From a virus, in IMG/VR virus record IMGVR_UViG_3300020055_000005, positions 64,001 through 128,000 of that record: 64,000 nt of DNA. One strand, written 5' to 3'. A program made the position numbers and the translations under genes. The first letter of the stretch is position 1; every line of letters starts with the position of its first letter. Shown here piece by piece: positions 27,736 to 37,122 of this stretch. Below the pieces are notes generated by a model. The model had not been told where the DNA came from, did no database searches, and saw only the letters and a list, made by a program, of their open reading frames with translations.

Positions 27736-27955
27736 AACAAGAAAGATACACCAAGAAACCTTTACTACAGTCTTTACAGGCTTATTGATTAATTATCCAT
27801 TGAATCTAATGGGGTTATGGTTGTGTATTGATTATTGGGGTATGTCTGACCCCTTTTGGATAGGTACGACGATTACTGCGTATATGACTATAGTTGCATA
27901 CACAAGGGTTTTTCTAATACGGCGTCATTTTTATAACAGACATACCTCTCAGTAA
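27725..27955 (+). CDS. Two-TM membrane protein
   Basis: ETFTTVFTGLLINYPLN...AYTRVFLIRRHF. Confidence 0.65.
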   Translation: MSPKTRKIHQETFTTVFTGLLINYPLNLMGLWLCIDYWGMSDPFWIGTTITAYMTIVAYTRVFLIRRHFYNRHTSQ

Positions 27956-28580
27956 ACCTCTCGTTTCTTTGCATAAAATACGGTTTAGTCATAACATCGA
28001 CTGCCATTGATATCCGTGGCGTTTGGTATATATTGGTTTTGACTTCGTGTTCGTGTTCCTGTCCGACGATGGTGAGTGTCCCTACTTCGTTTGGTGTGTA
28101 CCCTCCTGCGGCGTAGTAGTGTGTACCAGTCCGTGTGTCACCTTGAATGAATATATTACATGCATAGAGGTGGTTTGGAGGTTGATAGGTATGTGCATGT
28201 TTGTTAAGGTTCTCTCCTTGACGGAGTATATTAGTCCAACACTGAAATAGATAACACTTCCAAGTGTTAAATTCAGGTAACTCTGCGAGGCGTTGTGGTA
28301 TATTCAAAAACGACACTTTAGGATGATTGAACCAGTTATATACGGTGTGTTGTTTAGTTAACCCTTCGTAAGGTTTCTGGCTATCGTTGGGTATATTCAG
28401 AATGCGTTCTTCTTCCTCTATGATAATACGTGCAAGTGTGTTGCATTCTTCGAGAGTGAGAAAGTTCTTATATTCTTTATAGTAAAAGGGGTCTAGTGTT
28501 AGACCCCCATTATCGTGGAAAATTAATGTCTTGTTATCGTTATTCCACAGTGAGTGTATGTTTTGTTTTACAATACCCAC
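27888..28580 (-). CDS. 2OG-Fe(II) oxygenase
   Basis: WTNILR.GE..HAH, HEV, PRISMA. Confidence 0.75.
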   Translation of the reverse strand: MGIVKQNIHSLWNNDNKTLIFHDNGGLTLDPFYYKEYKNFLTLEECNTLARIIIEEEERILNIPNDSQKPYEGLTKQHTVYNWFNHPKVSFLNIPQRLAELPEFNTWKCYLFQCWTNILRQGENLNKHAHTYQPPNHLYACNIFIQGDTRTGTHYYAAGGYTPNEVGTLTIVGQEHEHEVKTNIYQTPRISMAVDVMTKPYFMQRNERFTERYVCYKNDAVLEKPLCMQL

Positions 28581-29449
28581 AGGTGGAGATACCTATCTGC
28601 AAATGGGTCGATGTTGTCTTCCCCTCTGTCTAGGTATAGAATAGACGTTTGTTTGGTGATATCACGATATTCATGATCGAATTCGATATATTTTGCTTCA
28701 GGTTCACCACCCATTCCTCTCCATAGGTTTTGGTCTTCTTCATAGAGAGGTCTGATCTTTTCTTCAAAATGGGCGTTGACTGCACGATTCTTAGTCTCAT
28801 CATTGACGTAATAACCACCGACAGCACCCAATGGTACTGGTAAGACGTACCCTTCGAATTCGTTCTCATAGAACTCACCCAGTGTTTGGTATTTCTCTTG
28901 ATACCCTGCAGGGTCTGTCATGAATTTACGATAGAGGTCACGTGTGTCACCTGCGACAAAACCAAAGTAACAATCTGAATACTTAGGTGCATTCTCTTCT
29001 ACGGCCCACCAGTTAGGTGCAAGGTGTAGGAATGCAAGGTTCTCATCTTCGATACGATCACGGTCTTCACGTGAGAATTTAACATTTGTCTCACTGGTAG
29101 TCCCTCTATCAGGAATACCATCGAAACAGAACCCTTGAGTTAAGTCTCTTGCAATACAGTTTGCATCAAAATACATAGTCTTGGTACCTGTACCAAAGTA
29201 GTCATCGTAATTGTGCAATTCAATTGCATGAAAGTTGGGATTGGTAATCTCTTCATTACCTAGATACGGAACCACACGAATACCTTCGTCGAGTCCAGTC
29301 TTATCATCAGTGAGTACGTTCAATCGACAGAATTGAAATCCATCAGAACGTGTCACTCGCATTCTATCTAATGATAGTTTAAAACGATTGATATCTTCAG
29401 AGGTCACTCCATTATCTTTCGTCTTTACACATACTAATTCAATAGCCAT
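28568..29449 (-). CDS. Glycosyltransferase-like protein (degenerate DxD)
   Basis: LVCVK, LTDD..GL, MYFDAN resemble phage GT-A proteins. Confidence 0.45.
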   Translation of the reverse strand: MAIELVCVKTKDNGVTSEDINRFKLSLDRMRVTRSDGFQFCRLNVLTDDKTGLDEGIRVVPYLGNEEITNPNFHAIELHNYDDYFGTGTKTMYFDANCIARDLTQGFCFDGIPDRGTTSETNVKFSREDRDRIEDENLAFLHLAPNWWAVEENAPKYSDCYFGFVAGDTRDLYRKFMTDPAGYQEKYQTLGEFYENEFEGYVLPVPLGAVGGYYVNDETKNRAVNAHFEEKIRPLYEEDQNLWRGMGGEPEAKYIEFDHEYRDITKQTSILYLDRGEDNIDPFADRYLHLWVL

Positions 29450-29546
29450 TTATTAATTCTCCATTATGAATATTTGTTATTATCATCGTTGTAATACTTA
29501 TATATGACAACCATGACACCTATTAATAATAAACCTTCAACCACAT

Positions 29547-29891
29547 TCACCGTCTCATCCTCGCAAGGTCTTTTGCATATTGTGAACCACCATTCTCTTC
29601 TGCAAAGACTGGAACAAGATTAGACTTATGCATTGTTGCAATACCCAGTAACTTACGTTCACCTGTATATTGCATGGGTTCCACACGTGGTGTGAGACAC
29701 CCTGTTGCATTAGTTTTGAGTGAAGGAATCTCTTCTTTCACCTCTCGCATCACTTGATCATAAATCTTTTGTTGAGTTGCGATTAGTTCATTATATTTAG
29801 TACGTTTTGACTTCTTAGTAAATGCACGTGTTTTACGTCTTTTACCATGAGGCCCATAACGAATACTATTACTTAGATTTAAATAACCCAT
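29547..29891 (-). CDS. Conserved basic hypothetical protein
   Basis: YTG..LLGIATMHKSNLVPVF...ARMRR. Confidence 0.75.
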   Translation of the reverse strand: MGYLNLSNSIRYGPHGKRRKTRAFTKKSKRTKYNELIATQQKIYDQVMREVKEEIPSLKTNATGCLTPRVEPMQYTGERKLLGIATMHKSNLVPVFAEENGGSQYAKDLARMRR

Positions 29892-29898
29892 AAGGTTA

Positions 29899-30105
29899 TT
29901 ATACTAAATCTAGGTCAGTTTGTAAAGGGTTTTTCTTACGCAATTTAACACACCCATCGACCAATTCAACTTGTAGGTCTTGGTGGTTCTCTAGTCCTAA
30001 CTCATTTAGAGACAGGTCAGACTCAAACGTAATACCATCATCTGATACCGTGAATGTCCAATTTTGAAATACAACGTCTCTAACGTTTCCTTTAAATACA
30101 GACAC
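29899..30105 (-). CDS. Hypothetical protein (AbrB-like beta pattern)
   Basis: LNELGL....L.VELVDG.V.LRK. Confidence 0.5.
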   Translation of the reverse strand: MSVFKGNVRDVVFQNWTFTVSDDGITFESDLSLNELGLENHQDLQVELVDGCVKLRKKNPLQTDLDLV

Positions 30106-30446
30106 TAGAAGTGTTCCTCCGCTTCAGTCCATGGTAGAATAGGTTTATGATACCCATCCTTTACAAAGATACCATCGATCATGGTTCCAGTACGATCTTT
30201 GATATCATCGTATGCAGTTTGCATACATTCCTGTAGTGTCAGATTATTACGTTCCATAATGTTGGTTAACACTACAATACAATCACCGATATCATCCCTG
30301 ATATCGTTACCTTTGCATACATTATCACTGAGTTCACCAACCTCCTGAATCAGTTTGCATACTTGGTCTTTATCGTTTGCACCTTCGATAAGATTTCTGT
30401 CGTGGTGCCATTGTCGAATCTTTACATCTAGTTCTCGTACATTCAT
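30105..30446 (-). CDS. MazG-like nucleotide pyrophosphohydrolase
   Basis: KLIQEVGEL, DDIGD, AYDDIKDR.G.MIDGIFVK. Confidence 0.88.
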   Translation of the reverse strand: MNVRELDVKIRQWHHDRNLIEGANDKDQVCKLIQEVGELSDNVCKGNDIRDDIGDCIVVLTNIMERNNLTLQECMQTAYDDIKDRTGTMIDGIFVKDGYHKPILPWTEAEEHF

Positions 30447-30470
30447 GACTTTCTCCTGTTAGTTAGTCAC

Positions 30471-30560
30471 TGGCGGAGAGGGAGGGATTCGAACCCTCGA
30501 TACGTTCTCACGTATGCTGGTTTTCAAGACCAGTGCATTCAACCGCTCTGCCACCTCTCC
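30471..30560 (-). tRNA. tRNA-Ser(UGA)
   Basis: CTGGT-CTTGAAA-ACCAG, long variable arm, CCA. Confidence 0.95.
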
Positions 30561-30564
30561 GAAA

Positions 30565-31029
30565 TTATTGTTCATGTATAATGGTATATGCATCCCCACT
30601 ATCAAAATAGTTTTTGACAAGACCGATCTTCTGCCACCCATTACGTATGGCTGCCTTCCATACACCTATGTTTTCTTCTTGTATATGTGCGTAATTCAAT
30701 GGGTACCTGTCATTGACAAATGACACTATGGTGTCAGTTCCCTCATGTCTATGTGGTTTTTCTACGCACAAGTCCATATAGTACCAACCTATCTCTCCTT
30801 GTAAGTCAAGTGGAAAATAGTCTTGTTCAGTGATAGTACGTATCAATCCGACTGCATATCCTACAACCTTTTCATCGTGTATCAACACCCATGAGTCATG
30901 TAGATTGTTAAGTACAAATGCCCACTTGTATTCATCCCACAAGTATTCGTCTGATTGTATGCCATTCTGATGTTGTATTCTTAGACAATCATCCTTGTCT
31001 TCTATCTTTGCGTTTCTTATACTATACAT
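30565..31029 (-). CDS. GNAT acetyltransferase (RimI-like)
   Basis: IRNA..ED, VVGY, LCV...HR..G, N..., NYF..GDAY. Confidence 0.75.
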   Translation of the reverse strand: MYSIRNAKIEDKDDCLRIQHQNGIQSDEYLWDEYKWAFVLNNLHDSWVLIHDEKVVGYAVGLIRTITEQDYFPLDLQGEIGWYYMDLCVEKPHRHEGTDTIVSFVNDRYPLNYAHIQEENIGVWKAAIRNGWQKIGLVKNYFDSGDAYTIIHEQ

Positions 31030-31038
31030 ATCACCTCA

Positions 31039-31114
31039 TGGTGGAGCTGGAGGGAATCGAACCCACGACCTCCTGAATGCAAATCAGGCGCTCTCCCAAC
31101 TGAGCTACAGCCCC
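31039..31114 (-). tRNA. tRNA-Ala(UGC)
   Basis: GGGGCTG start with G3:U70, CCTGA-TTTGCAT-TCAGG, CCA. Confidence 0.95.
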
Positions 31115-31818
31115 AAATCAAAGTCATCTTTCCATAACCATTCCACAAATTTACGTGTCTCTATATCTAGGTCAAACTTAGGTATATTGAAATCAAGTTG
31201 TAATGCTTTACTCGCATCTTCATTAGTCCACCATCTGTCTCGAAAGTCAACTTTAAGATCACCAGTGAGAGACACTATAGTGTCAGTGACATCCTCTAAC
31301 TTGATAATACGAGATATCTGTTCACCCTCATGCATAATCCATTCTGCTTGGGGCAATGTTAAGAGATTGGTATATAATGCATGAAACTCATGTGGTTTCA
31401 ATTGTCCTCTAAACTTAGGGACTCCTTTTATATCCATATCTAAGTTCATCATCACTGGTATGAACCTCATAACAGACACAAATCTATCGTATGGATTACG
31501 TGTAACAGTGAATACGTCTATATCGTGATCTGCAATCCACTCCTTGAGTGTAGGGAACACTTTAAATGCCTGTTCAAGTGTTAGATGTGCATAGTCATCG
31601 ATAGGTAAATTCGGATGATCAAGTATGGATTGATAATAAGGATTCTGTTTTATCCTTTCATCTGCATACGTTGGTAAAAAGTGATGTGGATTCCGTATTT
31701 CTACCTTACCACTATATGCTTCACGAATATATGATCGAATGAAGGTACCTGCAGTCTTTGGTATATGCATGAATAATCCAAAGAACTTACGTGACTCGAC
31801 ATCTTGTAATGCATACAT
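31105..31818 (-). CDS. Sulfotransferase (Sulfotransfer_2-like)
   Basis: 5'-PSB HIPKTAGT, 3'-PB RNPYDRFVS; stop lies within tRNA-Ala. Confidence 0.88.
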   Translation of the reverse strand: MYALQDVESRKFFGLFMHIPKTAGTFIRSYIREAYSGKVEIRNPHHFLPTYADERIKQNPYYQSILDHPNLPIDDYAHLTLEQAFKVFPTLKEWIADHDIDVFTVTRNPYDRFVSVMRFIPVMMNLDMDIKGVPKFRGQLKPHEFHALYTNLLTLPQAEWIMHEGEQISRIIKLEDVTDTIVSLTGDLKVDFRDRWWTNEDASKALQLDFNIPKFDLDIETRKFVEWLWKDDFDLGL

Positions 31819-32003
31819 TATTTTACCTTCTTCTTGAACTTCCTTTTCTTATCTCTTTCTATGTGCCAGTCGTGACTACAATATGCATCGCAAAATACGT
31901 GTAGTCCACTATCATCATTCCAATATTTAACTTTCGTCAGATCGATTAATGTCTGACACTGACTGCATTTCTGCGTATTGTTCTGATTCATCATCAGCTC
32001 CAT
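31818..32003 (-). CDS. Small zinc-binding protein
   Basis: CSQC...FCDAYC. Confidence 0.6.
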   Translation of the reverse strand: MELMMNQNNTQKCSQCQTLIDLTKVKYWNDDSGLHVFCDAYCSHDWHIERDKKRKFKKKVK

Positions 32004-32616
32004 CTATTGATTCGATTGTTGTTTCGTGATATCTACCAAACCATATTGCTAACACCCATCTTTCTCCTTTGTATATGGGTTCAACACTATGCCATCTTTC
32101 AGTAGAATTATTAAATGTCACCATAGTACCTAGTCTAGGTTGTATAAGATGTCCTTCGACATTTAATCTACCTCCTTCATATTCATCGTTAAGGAAAAAT
32201 ATTGCAGTTGCAGTATCATTACCATCTGCAACGTCTTTATGCCACTGGAACATTGCATCTTCTTTGTATCTAATGATCTGTGCATAGTTGACACCATCGT
32301 AATCTTCGTTCTTAGGTAAGTATGGTGTTACAATCTCCATACATTCATCAAATGGTTGTTCATCAGGATGCAACACTGTGAACTCTTTAAAGTCAGATTC
32401 GTATTTCCATGTAGAGTCCATTGCACGTTCATTCTTAGCAGCGACTTTACCACCAATACCATCTACATTCTCCCATATATCTTCAAAGGGTAATGCAAGG
32501 TGGTGACCAATAATTTTGTCACAGTCTCTTCGATCTAATAGTTGATCACCAACCATCAAAAAGTTTGGTGACCTATCAAAGTTATTCTGTTTCTTGAGTA
32601 TGTGTAAGTTAGCCAT
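31927..32616 (-). CDS. 2OG-Fe(II) oxygenase (prolyl-4-hydroxylase-like)
   Basis: WHKD, FLNDEYEGG, HSVEP, GERW. Confidence 0.88.
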   Translation of the reverse strand: MANLHILKKQNNFDRSPNFLMVGDQLLDRRDCDKIIGHHLALPFEDIWENVDGIGGKVAAKNERAMDSTWKYESDFKEFTVLHPDEQPFDECMEIVTPYLPKNEDYDGVNYAQIIRYKEDAMFQWHKDVADGNDTATAIFFLNDEYEGGRLNVEGHLIQPRLGTMVTFNNSTERWHSVEPIYKGERWVLAIWFGRYHETTIESIDGADDESEQYAEMQSVSDINRSDES

Positions 32617-33299
32617 TATAGTGTTGGATGAAAGAATCGCACATAAGAGTATCTCCATGTGTCTTTGTATTTACTGTAGTCGTTTATGTATGCACCATGC
32701 AATCTATTGCCTGGGAATATAACACATCGATTGAACTTTGCAGGTATGATGTGGTCAATGGTAAACAGTTCTTCTACTGGATACAATAGATTCTGATGTT
32801 CTGCATTCCATATCCACTCCCCACCATATACTGCAGTACCACCATCTTCGATCTTATCTAGATACACTATCAGATTAAGTGTCGACATATCGTCTGCAGT
32901 CGCTAACTCACTATCTGTATGTGGGTAGTGTTGATACTTGTTATCAGTTACTGCAAGTGGTTGAAAACAATTTATCTCTATGTTATCATTACAATGATAG
33001 TTCGCTTTGTTCCAGTATCGTCTACAGATTTGTTTCATAGTTTCAATACTGTTTTCATATAAACGTGTAGGATGACCTACAAAATCTACAACACGACAAT
33101 CATTATAATCAATACCATTACGACTATCACGTTCACTGTTATATTTCCACATGGGTACAGGACGTGTCGATAAGTGTTCATGTATGTCCTCTGCATTTGC
33201 AAAGAAGTTATCGATGGTTACAACCTGAGTCTTCTCATCAAATGTTGGTTCTAAGTGTGGACTTAATTTCCACAGTTCTTCTGTAATATATGGTTTCAT
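32616..33299 (-). CDS. 2OG-Fe(II) oxygenase-like protein
   Basis: IDNF, PHTD, YLD..GGTA.Y, KFNRCVIFPG..LHG. Confidence 0.75.
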   Translation of the reverse strand: MKPYITEELWKLSPHLEPTFDEKTQVVTIDNFFANAEDIHEHLSTRPVPMWKYNSERDSRNGIDYNDCRVVDFVGHPTRLYENSIETMKQICRRYWNKANYHCNDNIEINCFQPLAVTDNKYQHYPHTDSELATADDMSTLNLIVYLDKIEDGGTAVYGGEWIWNAEHQNLLYPVEELFTIDHIIPAKFNRCVIFPGNRLHGAYINDYSKYKDTWRYSYVRFFHPTL

Positions 33300-34057
33300 T
33301 TGGGTAAAAAGTCGTATGAGAGTGGTGTACCATTCTCTCTGCACTCGTTTAAGTCTTGTGCATTTCTATGATCTAAATTAAATGATATTGATATTCGTTC
33401 ATAATCATCAGGTGCATCATCATCTGCCAGACCAACACCATGTAGTAAGTGTGAAGGCCACAACAGGAATTCTCCATCACGTGGGAACAGTCTCATTTCT
33501 GATTGTACACCTGTAGTACCCCAAAACTCACAATCTTCATATCCATCTAGTGTAATGTTTCCTTGTTCTGCACGTGTACCAAAGTCTGCACTAATTGATG
33601 GACTAAAGAATTTAATTGGTTGTTTACCCTCTGCAAGAGGATAGTAGGTACCTGACACTAATGCATTGACATGGTTATGTGTATCATGCCAGTGTTTCTT
33701 AGTGTATCTATTGACCCATGCAAACAGATGTATGTCTTGTCTGTTTAAGTCTCTAACTGTCATGTTATATTGAGTGGTAATGAACTCAATGTATGAGTCC
33801 TTTAAGACATTAGAGAAGTCATTCCACCATGACCACTGTTTTTGTTTGTCTCTAATATCTTGTATGAAATAGGTAGTGTAATTGTTACATGTGTTCTCTT
33901 CTCGTTCCTCTACCTCTTTGACAATATCACGTACATCGTCACAAACTTGTTTAGTGTCCAAAGGCATGAATCCTCTGAACATGGTAGTAGGGAACAATCT
34001 GAGTATCTCACCCCTTGCAGGTGAGTACTGTTGTTCTTTAGTCTGATTTGGTCTCAT
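33296..34057 (-). CDS. 2OG-Fe(II) oxygenase
   Basis: WVN, HNH...SGTYY, WPSHLLHGV, RISISFN. Confidence 0.85.
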   Translation of the reverse strand: MRPNQTKEQQYSPARGEILRLFPTTMFRGFMPLDTKQVCDDVRDIVKEVEEREENTCNNYTTYFIQDIRDKQKQWSWWNDFSNVLKDSYIEFITTQYNMTVRDLNRQDIHLFAWVNRYTKKHWHDTHNHVNALVSGTYYPLAEGKQPIKFFSPSISADFGTRAEQGNITLDGYEDCEFWGTTGVQSEMRLFPRDGEFLLWPSHLLHGVGLADDDAPDDYERISISFNLDHRNAQDLNECRENGTPLSYDFLPK

Positions 34058-34553
34058 TCTTTTTCACTTCCACACCAATACCTTCTTGTCCATCAGGTAG
34101 TGTTACATTACGATAATATACGATGACTTCTCCTAGTTCTCTGATGTATCTGCGAATCTCTTGCATGTTTGCAGACATCATTTCGTAGTCACCTATTGTG
34201 GTTGCAACAAATACTACGTCACCACCATTTAGTTTCTTCATGTCATCTAAGAACCTGTCTAAGTATGTATAACCCTCAGGCCACTCAGGATATTCTCTGT
34301 CTTCAGGTAGACATGTCTTAGGTCTCTTCATAGACCCATCATCCTGTAATCTCTTGATACATGGATTAGCAATAATTGCTTCTGATACCACATACCATTT
34401 TGGAGTTTGTAGATTAATGTCTCTTGGTAGTGTAGGTTGAATTATATCAATCTGTACAGGTTTTGTTACTATTTCAACTTGTTTAGTTCCAAGTAGTGAA
34501 CACCCACTAATCGCTATTAGTAGTGTCGAGAGCGCTAATGTTTTTGCTATCAT
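34038..34553 (-). CDS. Outer-membrane lipoprotein (o-spanin-like)
   Basis: ISGC lipobox; overlaps the i-spanin-like gene. Confidence 0.65.
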   Translation of the reverse strand: MIAKTLALSTLLIAISGCSLLGTKQVEIVTKPVQIDIIQPTLPRDINLQTPKWYVVSEAIIANPCIKRLQDDGSMKRPKTCLPEDREYPEWPEGYTYLDRFLDDMKKLNGGDVVFVATTIGDYEMMSANMQEIRRYIRELGEVIVYYRNVTLPDGQEGIGVEVKKNETKSD

Positions 34554-34887
34554 TCTCTATATCCTCAAATACTGCCTTGGTACCATTATTTACTCTTGTT
34601 TCAATCAGGCCTGGTTTTACCAATGCAAGTTTATCTAAATTATGTTTTCGAAAGATTTCCAAATACTGGTCTTTCTCTGCCTCGATTCGTGCATTTGCAC
34701 GTTGTAAGTTCTGTAGGGATACTCCTTGTTTCTCATACGATTCTTTCATCGCATTAAAGGCTGCCTTTTGTTCTTCTACTGCGAATTCCAACTTGACGTT
34801 GTTTGCTGTTAACGTTTGATTTTCATTCCATAGGTACCAAGACCCCAGTCCTAGTACAAGAATGATTCCAATGAATAATTGGTTCAT
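34507..34887 (-). CDS. Inner-membrane spanin-like protein
   Basis: N-terminal TM plus coiled coil, KPGLIE. Confidence 0.7.
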   Translation of the reverse strand: MNQLFIGIILVLGLGSWYLWNENQTLTANNVKLEFAVEEQKAAFNAMKESYEKQGVSLQNLQRANARIEAEKDQYLEIFRKHNLDKLALVKPGLIETRVNNGTKAVFEDIENDSKNISALDTTNSD

Positions 34888-35126
34888 AACTCTTCTCCAT
34901 ATTCATAGTCTTCTATGATATAATTCAGTCCTGCAGAACTTCTATACTCTACGATCTTACCTTCCTCAGTTCTGAACTTTAGATGTTTTTCTTTCTGCAC
35001 TAATACCTTTTTAGTGACGTATGTACGATCATCAGAATCACCCCACTCTTTATTGAATGATACTGTGACCTTATATCGTGTGGTAAATAGGGACTTCACC
35101 CATAACCAAAATTTTTTCATATTCAC
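34884..35126 (-). CDS. Hypothetical protein
   Basis: SD GAGG; coupled to spanin genes. Confidence 0.7.
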   Translation of the reverse strand: MNMKKFWLWVKSLFTTRYKVTVSFNKEWGDSDDRTYVTKKVLVQKEKHLKFRTEEGKIVEYRSSAGLNYIIEDYEYGEEL

Positions 35127-35135
35127 CTCATGTGC

Positions 35136-35162
35136 GAAAAGACAGGATTAAGTCCTGTCTTA
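35136..35162 (-). terminator. Hairpin with short U-tract
   Basis: AAGACAGGA-CTTAA-TCCTGTCTTTT. Confidence 0.45.
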
Positions 35163-35221
35163 TTATATATGGTTCTAAAATGAGAAACGGTAATGCAGGG
35201 GGCTACTCTTCCTGCTCGTTC

Positions 35222-35734
35222 CTAGGTACCACTCTTACCGTTTCTCAAACCTTTTAGTATATTTATAGTCTTTTCTGCACTCTCATGGATGATTCCGATA
35301 CCACCTGCATCTTCCCATGCTTTGATGTTCTTTGGTCTATCATCAATAAGGACACTACCTTTCTCTGCAAATGCAGCTTTTTGACTACCACTGTAAGTAC
35401 AAGTCACAACCACTGTAGGGTCGATATACTTTCTTACCCACTTGTTCTTATCATACACTACTAACTCTCTGTTCACTTTACCAGCAGCAGTTAGTATCTC
35501 CCAAGGAACACCAGTGTGTTTGATGTATCCTATGAGGTCTGCATAATCGACCATTGGAGGTAATAGTCCAAATAGTCTTTTGTTAGTTAATTCTTCTTTC
35601 CTGAGGTCATACTCAGAATGACCAGCGTCATCACTGGTTAATGGTTTACCCAACATTTCACTGCATCCTGCAAGGAAATCGGCAACCACTCCGTCCATAT
35701 CGACGAAGATTCTTTTCACTACTTTATTTTCCAT
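35222..35734 (-). CDS. HAD 5'(3')-deoxyribonucleotidase-like protein, leaderless
   Basis: FVDMDGVVADF, ILT, LIDDR..NI.AW...GG.GI; promoter TTGACA-18-TATACT-6nt-ATG. Confidence 0.88.
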   Translation of the reverse strand: MENKVVKRIFVDMDGVVADFLAGCSEMLGKPLTSDDAGHSEYDLRKEELTNKRLFGLLPPMVDYADLIGYIKHTGVPWEILTAAGKVNRELVVYDKNKWVRKYIDPTVVVTCTYSGSQKAAFAEKGSVLIDDRPKNIKAWEDAGGIGIIHESAEKTINILKGLRNGKSGT

Positions 35735-35783
35735 ACTGTTAGTATAGTGCATTTTGGGTAGCTTTGTCAAGCTTTTTTAACAC

Positions 35784-36209
35784 TTATTTTACCCAAAACA
35801 TGTCGTGAATTAACTCCTCTTTTTTGTATGCTTCCAGTTCCCATGGTTGTCGTGAGTATGGTTTATGCACCACATTGTGGGCTTTCCAGTTACGACATGT
35901 AGGTGATAATTCACCCTTCAGAAACTGTTTTGCATGAATTAATTCATGTGCAAGTGTCAACATCATCTGATCAAGTGTCAAATTACCCTTGAATATCTCA
36001 ATCTCTACGTTGTGTTTATCACCTAAACAGTAACCATAGACATCACCATCTAATCCTTTCTTAAATGAGATATCAATGACTACATTTCGACGTAATCGTG
36101 GCATAAAATAATGCAACACGTTACGTACATACTTCGTTATACGTTTCTTGTCTCGGATTTGTCCGTGGAAATCAACATGGATATTGTCAAAGTATATCTT
36201 CTTCGTCAT
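35784..36209 (-). CDS. Zinc metallopeptidase-like protein
   Basis: LAHELIHAKQ (HExxH), PWELEA. Confidence 0.75.
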   Translation of the reverse strand: MTKKIYFDNIHVDFHGQIRDKKRITKYVRNVLHYFMPRLRRNVVIDISFKKGLDGDVYGYCLGDKHNVEIEIFKGNLTLDQMMLTLAHELIHAKQFLKGELSPTCRNWKAHNVVHKPYSRQPWELEAYKKEELIHDMFWVK

Positions 36210-36381
36210 GTTCTAATTCACTTTCCTCTTCGTCATCGTAAATAACTTCACCACATAATGGACAGAATTCAACAGGAGGTAACTCCTCCTCATATTCATG
36301 ATTTGTAGTGTCTAATTTAATTTTCAGTTCCATATCTAGATCACAATGATCGCAATACAGTTGTATGTTCTTAGTCGTCAT
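36187..36381 (-). CDS. Zinc-ribbon protein
   Basis: CDHC...FCPLCG. Confidence 0.7.
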   Translation of the reverse strand: MTTKNIQLYCDHCDLDMELKIKLDTTNHEYEEELPPVEFCPLCGEVIYDDEEESELEHDEEDIL

Positions 36382-36640
36382 AATTGGGTACGTAATCGTC
36401 TCTCGCTAGTCCAGTCTTGACAATGATTTTATCCCATAGAGATTCAAATGATTTCTTTTGACCATCTAATACTGCATAGGGAAGTGGATGTTTTGCATCT
36501 GACTCAGAGAAGTCTAATCCTGCAGTATATACCCTTACCTCTTGAAACTCCCTATCGATCATTCGAAATAGATGCACCCATCTAGCACAGATCACGTCTT
36601 GTTTGTCTTTAGAGGGTAAGTATAACTTATATGTACGCAC
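36371..36640 (-). CDS. Hypothetical protein
   Basis: GTG start; its 5' end overlaps a TTGACA-18-TATACT promoter (36619-36648). Confidence 0.55.
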   Translation of the reverse strand: MRTYKLYLPSKDKQDVICARWVHLFRMIDREFQEVRVYTAGLDFSESDAKHPLPYAVLDGQKKSFESLWDKIIVKTGLARDDYVPNYDD

Positions 36641-36670
36641 AATGTCAAGCTCTTTTATTTTCGTTTAAAA

Positions 36671-36913
36671 TCAGATGGTTATGTCACCAATCTGACTGTC
36701 TGACCACTCTTTGAGCTCAGTATAACCCCCAATATTGACCTCATCTACCCTAATTTGGGGAAATGTACGTGCAGTTGGGAAGGTTTCAAACAACTCTTCA
36801 GTGGTAAAATCTGTACCTAAGGACAGGTACGAATATGCATATCCTTTCTGTTCGCATAATGCTTTTGCTTTGTCACAAAAAGGACACTGTGGTTTTCCGT
36901 ATATTTCTATCAT
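36671..36913 (-). CDS. nrdC: Glutaredoxin
   Basis: CPFC, TFPQI, IGGY. Confidence 0.95.
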   Translation of the reverse strand: MIEIYGKPQCPFCDKAKALCEQKGYAYSYLSLGTDFTTEELFETFPTARTFPQIRVDEVNIGGYTELKEWSDSQIGDITI

Positions 36914-37122
36914 AGTTTTATTGCCAGTAATATGAAAATACCCATCAAGATTAGATTAGTTGTTGCAATCAGAATACCTAAAATGGTGTGATACCAAATC
37001 CATCTAGTCTTGTAAGCATTTTCGATTGTTAATTCATCAGGGTCAGGAGATTTCTCTGCAACCTTTCGTATTGCATCATCCTCTTCCTTAGACCCCCATA
37101 ATATTTCGTGCCATTTTCTCAT
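36910..37122 (-). CDS. Small membrane protein
   Basis: AYKTRWIWYHTIL plus TM helix. Confidence 0.7.
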   Translation of the reverse strand: MRKWHEILWGSKEEDDAIRKVAEKSPDPDELTIENAYKTRWIWYHTILGILIATTNLILMGIFILLAIKL

